From an uncultured delta proteobacterium (GTDB taxonomy: Bacteria > Myxococcota_A > Polyangia > Polyangiales > B10-G4), in assembly GCA_963727445.1 (NCBI GenBank), contig CAVSGI010000013.1, positions 145,316 to 209,315 on the forward strand: a stretch of DNA of 64,000 nt. Reading direction: 5' to 3'. Every line of letters begins with the position of its first letter. Within the stretch, counting starts at the first letter, position 1. Shown one piece after another: positions 19,602 through 27,646 of the stretch. A model generated the notes under the pieces. The model was not told the origin of the DNA. It made no database searches and saw nothing but the letters and a program-made list of their open reading frames with translations. A program made the translations under genes and the position numbers.

Positions 19602-21380
19602 ATGCTCCCCGCCATGCACGTCGTCGTCGCCGCCGCGACGCCCATCCTCTCGGACGCGATCGCGACGCCGCTGGCTGCGGCGGGGCACGAGGTCGAGCGT
19701 GCGGACAGCGCGGACGCGCTGAGGCAGATCCTCTCGGGCCATCCGCGTCCCGCGGCCGCCTTCATCGCCCGGCGACTCCCGGGAGGGGACGCGCTCACCC
19801 TCAGTCGCGAAGTGGAGGACGTTCCTCTGGTGCTGGTGTCCCCCGACGAGCGGGACCGCGAGGCCGCCCGCGCCGCGCGCCTGGCTGGCTTCATCCACGC
19901 ACCCTTCTCGCCCGGGGACGTGCTGGGAGCGCTGGGCGTGTCGACCCGGCACCAGCGGGTGGTCCTCCTCGTCGACGACAGCGAGCTGGTGCACAAGCAC
20001 ACCGGGCCGATCCTCGAGGAGGCCGGCTACGAAGTGGTGCACGCCTACGACGGCAAGCAGGGCCTGAGCATGCTCGACGAAGCGCGTCCCGATCTGGTGA
20101 TCACCGACGTCGAGATGCCGGAGATGGACGGCTACCAGGTGTGCGCGGCGATCAAGGACGAGCCCGACACCGCGGGCATCCCGGTGATCATCTGCTCGAG
20201 CCTGGGGGAGGCGCGCGACCTCGAGCGCGGCTTCGACGTCGGCGCCGACGACTACATCGTCAAGCCGATCGTCCCCGAGGAGCTGCTCTCGCGCGTGCGC
20301 GACCTGCTGGCGGAGCTGGCGCTCTCGGGACGCGAGCGGGTGCTGGTCGTCGACGATTCGCCGGCCATCCGCCATCTGGTGGGCGACGCCCTCACGCGTC
20401 AGGGCTTCGAGGTGACGACCGCGGTGGACGGACGGGACGGCATGGAACGTGCGCTGGCGGCCTCACCCGCGTACGAGCTGATCCTCACCGACTACGACAT
20501 GCCGCGGATGACCGGCTTCGAGATGGTGCACGCGCTCAAGCGCGAAGCCCAGACGCGCGACACGCCGGTGCTGATGCTCACCGCCCGTGACAGCCGGCGG
20601 GATCGCGCGCAGATGCGCGCCGCGGGCCTCACCGCCTATCTGGTCAAGCCCTTCACTCAGGACAAGTGCGTCGCGATGGTGGAGCGCATGCTCGCCGAGC
20701 GCCGCCTCAAGGCCTACAAGGAGGCCTCCAAGCTCTACATCTCGGACGGCGCGCGCGAAGCGGCCGAGGCGCAGGCCTCGAGCGGCGCGCTCTTCTCCTA
20801 CCGGGCCGACCACCAGCAGATGACGGTGCTCTTCAGCGACCTCTGCGGATTCACGAGCATGTCGAGCGCGATGGAGGCGCCGGAGGTGGTGGAGCTTCTC
20901 AACGGCTACTTCGACGCGATGTGCCCCGTGATCAAGGCGCGCGGGGGAGACATCGACAAGTTCATCGGCGACGCCATCATGGCGATCTTCGAGAAGTCGC
21001 AGGTCTTCGACGAGTCACACATGCTGCGGGCCGCGCGCGCCGCGTGGGAGATGCAGCAGGCGATGGCTGTGTTCAACGCCACCATCGGCAAGGATCCGCC
21101 GCTGCAGATGCGCATCGGTCTCAACACCGGGGATGCGGTGCGGGGCGACATCGGGAGCCGCTACGTGCGTCGCGACTACACGGTGATCGGCGACACGGTG
21201 AACCGCGCGCAGCGCTACGAGTCGAACGCGCCCAAGGGCGGCGTGCTGATGAGCGCCGAGCTCTACGCCCTGATCCAGGAACACGTCGTCGTCGAGCCCC
21301 TCGAGGGGCTCAAGCTCAAGGGGATCGATCGGCCGGTGACGGGTTACGTGCTCAGAGGCTTCGTGGAGGACGACGAGTGA
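19602..21380 (+). CDS. Triple-receiver response regulator fused to class III adenylyl/guanylyl cyclase (CHD) domain
   Basis: Degenerate REC1, then canonical REC2 (LLVDDSE...DLVITDVEMPEMDG...KP) and REC3 (LVVDDSP...LILTDYDMPRMTG...KP), then the CHD domain (MTVLFSDLCGFT, KFIGDAIMAIF, GLNTGDAVRGDIGS). ATG at 19602; the tool ORF extends upstream. Confidence 0.8.
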   Translation: MLPAMHVVVAAATPILSDAIATPLAAAGHEVERADSADALRQILSGHPRPAAAFIARRLPGGDALTLSREVEDVPLVLVSPDERDREAARAARLAGFIHAPFSPGDVLGALGVSTRHQRVVLLVDDSELVHKHTGPILEEAGYEVVHAYDGKQGLSMLDEARPDLVITDVEMPEMDGYQVCAAIKDEPDTAGIPVIICSSLGEARDLERGFDVGADDYIVKPIVPEELLSRVRDLLAELALSGRERVLVVDDSPAIRHLVGDALTRQGFEVTTAVDGRDGMERALAASPAYELILTDYDMPRMTGFEMVHALKREAQTRDTPVLMLTARDSRRDRAQMRAAGLTAYLVKPFTQDKCVAMVERMLAERRLKAYKEASKLYISDGAREAAEAQASSGALFSYRADHQQMTVLFSDLCGFTSMSSAMEAPEVVELLNGYFDAMCPVIKARGGDIDKFIGDAIMAIFEKSQVFDESHMLRAARAAWEMQQAMAVFNATIGKDPPLQMRIGLNTGDAVRGDIGSRYVRRDYTVIGDTVNRAQRYESNAPKGGVLMSAELYALIQEHVVVEPLEGLKLKGIDRPVTGYVLRGFVEDDE

Positions 21381-22483
21381 CGGGCGACAAGAAGAAGATC
21401 CGCGTCCTCATCGTCGACGACAGCGCCTTCATGCGCATGGCGGTCTCGAAGACCATCAGCGCCGACGAGCGCTTCGAGGTGATCGGCCAGGCGAAGGACG
21501 GGCAGGACGGGGTGGAGAAGGCCCTCGAGCTCGAGCCCGACGTCATGACGATGGACTTCAACATGCCGCGCCTGAACGGCGCGCAGGCGGTGCGTGCGAT
21601 CCTGGAGAAGCAGGCCACCCCCATCGTCATGCTCTCGGCGCACACCTACGACGGAGCCAAGGAGACCGTCGAAGCGCTCTCGGCGGGCGCGGTGGACTTC
21701 GTGACCAAACCCGATGGCGAGGTCTCGATGGATCTGAGCAGCGTCGCCGACGAGCTGCTGCGCAAGCTGAAGACGGCGAGTCGCGCGCGGCCGCAGGTAG
21801 CGCCGGCCTCGGAGCCGACGCCGAAGCCGCGCGGCATGGGCGATGTGACGCTTCGGATGCGCGTGGTGCCGCAGCCGACCGAAGAGCAACCACGCAAGCG
21901 CCAGAGCTTCGCCTCGGCCATCCTCGACCCGGCGTGCATCATCGCGATCTCGACGGGCGGGCCCTCGGCGCTCGAACGGGTGATCCCGCTCCTGCCCGCG
22001 AGCTTCGGCATGGGGACGCTCATCGTTCAGCACATGCCAGGGCACTTCACCCGCGCTCTCGCCGAACGCCTCGATCAGATGAGCGCCGTGACGGTGCGCG
22101 AAGCGCGGCCCTCGGAACGACTGGTGGCCGGGGTGGTGCTTGTCGCGCCTGGCGATCACCACGTGGTCTTCGAGAAGAACGGGATGATCAAGCTGACCCA
22201 AGGCCCACCGGTCAACGGTTGCCGCCCGAGCGCGGACGTCACGCTGCAATCGGCGGCGCCAGTCTACGGCAGCAAGCTCACCACCGTGGTGATGACGGGC
22301 ATGGGCCGCGACGGAGCCCTCGGCGCGTCGGCGGTGAAGGCGGCCGGGGGCCGCGTCCTCGCTCAGGACCGGGAGACGTCGGTTGTCTACGGCATGCCCA
22401 AGGCGGTCGCCGACATGGGCCTCGTGGACGAGGTGCTGCCCCTCGGGCGGATCGCCGCGAAGCTCGCGCGCCTCAGGACCTGA
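21377..22483 (+). CDS. cheB: Chemotaxis response regulator protein-glutamate methylesterase CheB
   Basis: GTG start at 21377 overlapping the cyclase stop (GTGA). REC domain (IRVLIVDDSAFMR...DVMTMDFNMPRLNG) and CheB methylesterase domain (IAISTGGPSALERVIP..., QHMPGHFT, catalytic Ser/His/Asp context). Confidence 0.8.
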   Translation: MTGDKKKIRVLIVDDSAFMRMAVSKTISADERFEVIGQAKDGQDGVEKALELEPDVMTMDFNMPRLNGAQAVRAILEKQATPIVMLSAHTYDGAKETVEALSAGAVDFVTKPDGEVSMDLSSVADELLRKLKTASRARPQVAPASEPTPKPRGMGDVTLRMRVVPQPTEEQPRKRQSFASAILDPACIIAISTGGPSALERVIPLLPASFGMGTLIVQHMPGHFTRALAERLDQMSAVTVREARPSERLVAGVVLVAPGDHHVVFEKNGMIKLTQGPPVNGCRPSADVTLQSAAPVYGSKLTTVVMTGMGRDGALGASAVKAAGGRVLAQDRETSVVYGMPKAVADMGLVDEVLPLGRIAAKLARLRT

Positions 22484-23009
22484 CGGCGCGCCTCTCGGCT
22501 TTGCGGAGGGTTCCGAACCACTTGGGTGCGTAGAGCATCAGCGTCAGACCGAGACCGAAGGCGAGGTGGTAGAAGGCGAACCACCAGCTGTCGAGCAACT
22601 CGGCGAGCTTCATGTTCAGCACCGGAAGGACCACGTAGGCCATCGCGACGAAGACCACCGCTCCGTAGAGTAAGCCGGAGCCGAGCAGGCCGCCGAGCGT
22701 GCGCACGCGGCGCACCGCGAACGCGAACAGGACGCCGAGCGCCCCACCGAAGACGAAGTGGATGCCGATCCCGGCCGCGGCCGCCAGACCGGGGTGCGCA
22801 GCGCTGTAGGCGCTGCCGAGGAAGGTCGAGGTGACCAGCGTGATGAGCTCGAAGCCCGAGTGGTCCTGCGCGGCGGCATTGACGACCGCCAGCATGGCGA
22901 TCAGTCCCGCCGAGACAGCACCCGCCGCGGCGCCCGCCCAAAGGCGACGCGTCCAACGGTAGTGCGGTGCCTCCCGCCGGAGCACACGTTTGGTGTCGTC
23001 GATGGTCAT
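22473..23009 (-). CDS. Hypothetical membrane protein (4-5 TM)
   Basis: ATG at 23009. Hydrophobic helices throughout. No recognisable domain. Confidence 0.5.
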   Translation of the reverse strand: MTIDDTKRVLRREAPHYRWTRRLWAGAAAGAVSAGLIAMLAVVNAAAQDHSGFELITLVTSTFLGSAYSAAHPGLAAAAGIGIHFVFGGALGVLFAFAVRRVRTLGGLLGSGLLYGAVVFVAMAYVVLPVLNMKLAELLDSWWFAFYHLAFGLGLTLMLYAPKWFGTLRKAERRAVRS

Positions 23010-23196
23010 GATGACCTGGCGGGCTGCACGTCTCGATCCACGTGCACGTTCGACCGAATGTCGTGGCTACGTAGGGAACGGACGTGGCGAGGCGCTACGG
23101 GTGTGGCACTTCGCAACGCTCTCGGCGCCACGCCCTGGCGGCAGCGCGTCGTGATGCTGGGGTGATGTGGCGCGCCGCACCACACCACCCGGCCCG

Positions 23197-24369
23197 TCAC
23201 GGCATGGTCAGCGGACACATGGGCGTGGCCGTCGTGTCCTGCAGCGGCAGGTAGTAGATGTAGGTCGCGATCGCCTCGGCGTCCTCGTCGGTCAGACCCC
23301 AATAGCCATCGGGACCGATGGGCATGGGCGGGCAGATCTCGGTGGAGGCCGTGATGACGTTCTTGATCATGGCGATGCTGTCGTACATCGTGCCGTTCAC
23401 GCCCTGGGTGATGTTCTTGGAGTGGATGGAGAGGGTGCCGCCCATGCCGTCGGGGAGGGGGAAGATGCGCCCGCCCGAGAACGCGAGAGAGACATCGATC
23501 GGCGGGGCACCCGCGACCATCTGCTCCGGGGTGTGGCACTCCATGCAGGGCGTCGCGAGATACCGCCCCTCCATCGCGACCGTGTAGAGCGGATCCGACA
23601 CGTCGAGGGTGGGCAACGGGACGTCGTCGGGACGGAGCGGCGTCACCGGGTCGGGGAAGTTCGGCATGGGGGTGATGGTGTTGTCGACCGCCGGGATGGA
23701 GCGCAGGTACGCGATGATCGCGTCGATGTCGGACTCGCTGAGCAGGCGGATCGTCCAATACGGCATGATCGGGTTCATCCGGTTCCCATCCCGATCGATA
23801 CCCGCGGTGAGGGCCACGCGGATCTCGGTGTCGGTCCACATGCCGAGGCCCGTGTCCATGTCGGGGGTGAGGTTGGGCGGGTTGATGTCGGGGATGAGCC
23901 CCATGCCCAGGTCCTCGACGCCCGAGAGACGCTGGCCGGGGATGAACATGCCGGTGCTGGGATCGCGCGGGGAGTGACAGTCGACGCAGGTCCAGACGTG
24001 GTTGACGAGGTAGTCGCCGCGTGCGACCGGATCGTAGCCGGCGTCGGCGTCGCCGCCGTCGCCGCCGTCACCACTGGCGTCACCGGCGTCGCCGCCGTCA
24101 CCAGCGCTGCCGTCGCCGCCGTCACCACTGGCGTCACCGCCGTCACCGCCGTCACCAGCGCTGCCGTCGCCGCCGTCCATCGACCCATCGGGCGTCGCGT
24201 CCATCGACCCATCGGGCGTCGCGTCCATCGACCCATCGGGCATGGCATCCATCATCGACCCGGTGTCCACCGACGAGTCGGCGACGCTGGTGTCCATCAC
24301 CATCGAGTCGTCACCGCACCCCCAAAGCCCAACGCCCACGAGCGTCGCCAAGACGATCGAAATCCGCAT
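23197..24369 (-). CDS. Di-haem c-type cytochrome lipoprotein with long acidic repeat linker
   Basis: ATG at 24369 gives MRISIVLATLVGVGLWGCGDD (lipobox). Two CxxCH motifs (CVDCH, CMECH). The N-terminal linker is encoded by tandem DNA repeats. Confidence 0.75.
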   Translation of the reverse strand: MRISIVLATLVGVGLWGCGDDSMVMDTSVADSSVDTGSMMDAMPDGSMDATPDGSMDATPDGSMDGGDGSAGDGGDGGDASGDGGDGSAGDGGDAGDASGDGGDGGDADAGYDPVARGDYLVNHVWTCVDCHSPRDPSTGMFIPGQRLSGVEDLGMGLIPDINPPNLTPDMDTGLGMWTDTEIRVALTAGIDRDGNRMNPIMPYWTIRLLSESDIDAIIAYLRSIPAVDNTITPMPNFPDPVTPLRPDDVPLPTLDVSDPLYTVAMEGRYLATPCMECHTPEQMVAGAPPIDVSLAFSGGRIFPLPDGMGGTLSIHSKNITQGVNGTMYDSIAMIKNVITASTEICPPMPIGPDGYWGLTDEDAEAIATYIYYLPLQDTTATPMCPLTMP

Positions 24370-24534
24370 TCCCAAGCCCTCCACGCGCAAGGAAGGATGC
24401 TGCCTGATCGCTCAAAATGACGCAATGGTTGCCAACGGTGAGTCACCGCTCGCGGGGTGGGTGTGTGTGCGATGGTGCGGCGACCCGTCGCGGCATGGGT
24501 GCGGGCCGTGAACGCTATCGTATACTCACGCTCC

Positions 24535-25824
24535 GTGCGTCGCTTCAGCCTCCCGCTCGCCGCCGTCTTGCTCCTCTTCACCACGTCGATGGGGTGTGGC
24601 GACGACACGACAGTGGTGGTGGACTCGGGGGTCGTCGATGTCGACACCGGCGTCTCCATGGACACCGGCACGACGATGGACTCGACCACGTCCATGGATA
24701 CGGGCACGACGATGGACAGCGGGGTCGAGGACACGGGGGTCGTCGACACCGGCCCCGAGGACACCGGCCCCCCGCCCTTCGGCCTCGAGACCCTCGTCTA
24801 CAACGAGGACTGCGTCGTCGAGGTGGTCAACCCGGACGAGACCATCGACGTCGCGATGAACATCTCCGAGACCGGCTGCTACACCGACGCGGTCGCCAAG
24901 ACCGTCGCCTCCTCCCTGGTCCCCTTCTCGATCAACTCGCCGCTGTGGACCGACGGCGTGTCGAAGCGACGCTTCTTCGCGATCCCGCCGGGCACCCACG
25001 TGGGCTATCGGGGTGACTACTCCTGGCTCTGGCCGGTGGGGACCATCCTCATGAAGGAGTTCATCCTCCAGACGGACGAGAGCGATCCCGACTCGAACTT
25101 CGTCCTCGAGACGCGCTTCCTCGTGAAGTACGACCCGCGCTTCTGGCGCGGCTACAGCTATCGATGGAACGCCGAGGGCACCGACGCCACGCTGGTGATG
25201 AACGGGACCATGGACACCCTCGTCGACTACGAGGTCACCGACACCAGCGGCGGAACGTACATGCACACTCACGTCTTTCCGGCGCGAGTCACTTGTCTTC
25301 AGTGTCACGCCCCGCGCGCCAACGGCGGCAACGGCACTCAGACGGCGCAGCTGAACCGCGACTTCGACTACACCGCCTGGGGCGGCACCGTCGACAACCA
25401 GATCCGCACCTTCGAGCACATCGGCCTCTTCGACGCTCCTCTGCCCGGGGCTCCGGAGGACCTGCCGCGGATGCCCAACCCCTCGGACACCAGCGCCTCC
25501 CTCGAAGAGCGCGCGCGCGCCTATCTCCACGCCAACTGCGCCCACTGCCACCGCGAGAACGGCTCCGCCGTCACCTCGACCCTGTGGATCCCCTGGGAAT
25601 ACACCCTCGAAGACAGCAACGCCTGCATCGGGCGCGACTCGGGGAGCACGCCGGGCGACATGTGCGAGACCCTCGACGTTCGCATCGTGCCCGGCGACTC
25701 GATGGGCTCGCTGATCCGCTGTGTCATGGAGACGGGTGCCATGCCGCCCGTCGGGACCTATGTGGCCGATCCGGCCCGACAGGTCGTCTTCGACTGGATC
25801 GACTCCCTCGCCTCATGTCCATGA
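24535..25824 (+). CDS. Putative c-type cytochrome lipoprotein (two CxxCH motifs)
   Basis: CLQCH and CAHCH haem-binding motifs. Lipobox TTSMGCG. Start ambiguous: GTG at 24535, ATG at 24472, or tool GTG at 24457. Confidence 0.65.
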   Translation: MRRFSLPLAAVLLLFTTSMGCGDDTTVVVDSGVVDVDTGVSMDTGTTMDSTTSMDTGTTMDSGVEDTGVVDTGPEDTGPPPFGLETLVYNEDCVVEVVNPDETIDVAMNISETGCYTDAVAKTVASSLVPFSINSPLWTDGVSKRRFFAIPPGTHVGYRGDYSWLWPVGTILMKEFILQTDESDPDSNFVLETRFLVKYDPRFWRGYSYRWNAEGTDATLVMNGTMDTLVDYEVTDTSGGTYMHTHVFPARVTCLQCHAPRANGGNGTQTAQLNRDFDYTAWGGTVDNQIRTFEHIGLFDAPLPGAPEDLPRMPNPSDTSASLEERARAYLHANCAHCHRENGSAVTSTLWIPWEYTLEDSNACIGRDSGSTPGDMCETLDVRIVPGDSMGSLIRCVMETGAMPPVGTYVADPARQVVFDWIDSLASCP

Positions 25825-26354
25825 GCCCGAAACCGCGCCCGGCTGCCCCGACCCCCGTCCTGGTCGCCGTTGGAATGCTGCTCGCGCTGCCCCTGCTCGT
25901 CGCGCCGAAGTGCTTCGACTACGACGGCGCGCCGCCGGTCGTGGATTCCGGCATGCCCGATGCCACGATGATGGACGGCGGGGCCATGACCGACGCCGCC
26001 GTGGACGGCGCCGTGGACGCTCCCGTCGACACGGGACCGGACTTCGTCCCCGCCGTGCCCTGCCCCGAACCGAACACCGCGGTCTTCCTGATCCGAAACC
26101 TGGCCTACAACATCGTCTGCGGCTGCGCCGAGGCGGAGGGCCGGGCGTGTACCGTGCCCCGGGGGACCACCATCATCTGGAACTTCGCCGACGGCGTGCA
26201 GCACAACGTCAGCCCCGTGGAAGACTCCTTCATGCGCTCCACCGATCGGGTCAGCGGTCGGTACGTCCAGACCTTCATGGAGCCCGGGACCTACGGCTAC
26301 GGTTGCACCCTTCATCCGAGCGAGATGAGCGGGTACTCGCTCGTCGTCGAGTGA
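25821..26354 (+). CDS. Cupredoxin (type-1 blue copper protein, plastocyanin/amicyanin-like)
   Basis: ATG at 25821 overlaps the upstream stop (ATGA); ATG at 25815 is an alternative. C-terminal copper-ligand pattern GTYGYGCTLHPSEMSG (Cys-x2-His-x4-Met). Leader PLLVAPKCFDYD. Confidence 0.7.
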   Translation: MSPKPRPAAPTPVLVAVGMLLALPLLVAPKCFDYDGAPPVVDSGMPDATMMDGGAMTDAAVDGAVDAPVDTGPDFVPAVPCPEPNTAVFLIRNLAYNIVCGCAEAEGRACTVPRGTTIIWNFADGVQHNVSPVEDSFMRSTDRVSGRYVQTFMEPGTYGYGCTLHPSEMSGYSLVVE

Positions 26355-26436
26355 ACGACCGCGCCCTCGCCTGATCGAAGCGTCCGCGGCCGTGGTGGCC
26401 TTGCCGGCGGACGGGGCGTCGTTACGGGCGCTTGTG

Positions 26437-27642
26437 ATGGACACCGACACGACGACGGAGCCGCCCCGCCGCGGGCGCCGCGTTGTCGTTCTGCGCTACG
26501 TGGCGACGTTCGCAGTGTTTCTCACCGTGCTCGGCGTGCTGGCCGGCATCAAGGGCTGGCAGATCACGACGATCGTCGCCTTCGCCGAGGATGCAGAACG
26601 GCGCGGGCCACCGCCGGATGCGGTGGCGGCGACGACCCTCTCCGAGGAGGCGTGGGAGGACCGGCTCGAGACGGTGGGGACGCTCTCGGCGCGCCAGCGC
26701 GTCGCGCTCACCAGCGAGGTGGCCGGGGAGGTGGTGCGCATCGCGTTCGACTCCGGCGACGTCGTGGAGCGAGGCGATGTGCTGGTCGTCCTCGACTCGG
26801 CGACGGATCGCGCCGACCTACGCTCGGCGGAGGCCACTGCGGAGCTCGCGGAGCTCATGGCGAATCGCACGGATGAGCTCGCCGGGCGCGGCGTCGTACC
26901 GGTCGAGGACCGGGAGCAGGCGGTCGCCGATCTCGAGACGACGCGCGCGCGCGTCTCTTCCCTGCACGCGACGCTCGCGAAGAAGACGATCCGCGCCCCC
27001 TTCTCCGGGCGGCTCGGGATCCGCAACGTCGACCTCGGTCAATACATCGCGCCAGGCACGGTGCTCACGACGCTCACGGACGCGGAGGGGACCTTCGTGG
27101 ACTTCACGATCCCCCAGGACGAGCTCGCGAGCGTGAGCCTCGGCCTGCCCGTCCGACTTTCGGCCGACCGAATCACCAGCGACGTGTCGGCGACGATCGC
27201 CGCTATCGAGCCGGACGTGGATCGGAGAACGCGTGCGGCGCGGATCCGGGCGGTGCTCGAGGGCGACTCCGAGCAGCTTCGACCGGGCATGTTCGTCGAC
27301 GTCCAGGTGGTGCTCCCGACGCGGCGCACCGCGATCGCCGCGCCCGTCACCGCCGTCGTGCACGCACCCTATGGAGACTCGGTCTACGTCCTTTCGGAGC
27401 TGCCCTCGGACGCGCCCGGCATGCGGGAGACATCCGACGGAGAGCCCATCTTCCTGGCGCGACAGACGTTCGTGCACACGGGTCGGACGCGCGGAGACTT
27501 CATCGAGATCGAAGGCGGCGTGGAGCCGGGCGCGCGGGTCGTGACCGCTGGCGCCTTCAAGCTCCACGACGGCTCGCACGTCTACCTGAGCGAAGACGTC
27601 GCTCCACGTCCGGAGCTCGAGCCCACGCCCGAGAACCGGTGA
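26437..27642 (+). CDS. RND efflux periplasmic adaptor (membrane fusion protein, HlyD family)
   Basis: Single N-terminal TM, a coiled-coil hairpin, then beta-barrel/MP-proximal domains. Immediately upstream of the RND permease. Confidence 0.8.
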   Translation: MDTDTTTEPPRRGRRVVVLRYVATFAVFLTVLGVLAGIKGWQITTIVAFAEDAERRGPPPDAVAATTLSEEAWEDRLETVGTLSARQRVALTSEVAGEVVRIAFDSGDVVERGDVLVVLDSATDRADLRSAEATAELAELMANRTDELAGRGVVPVEDREQAVADLETTRARVSSLHATLAKKTIRAPFSGRLGIRNVDLGQYIAPGTVLTTLTDAEGTFVDFTIPQDELASVSLGLPVRLSADRITSDVSATIAAIEPDVDRRTRAARIRAVLEGDSEQLRPGMFVDVQVVLPTRRTAIAAPVTAVVHAPYGDSVYVLSELPSDAPGMRETSDGEPIFLARQTFVHTGRTRGDFIEIEGGVEPGARVVTAGAFKLHDGSHVYLSEDVAPRPELEPTPENR

Positions 27643-27646
27643 ACGC

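Noticed and set aside
24021-24250. Possible CRISPR-like repeat array
   Set aside because: The repeats are directly adjacent tandem units with no spacers. They lie in frame inside a cytochrome c lipoprotein gene and encode acidic linker repeats.
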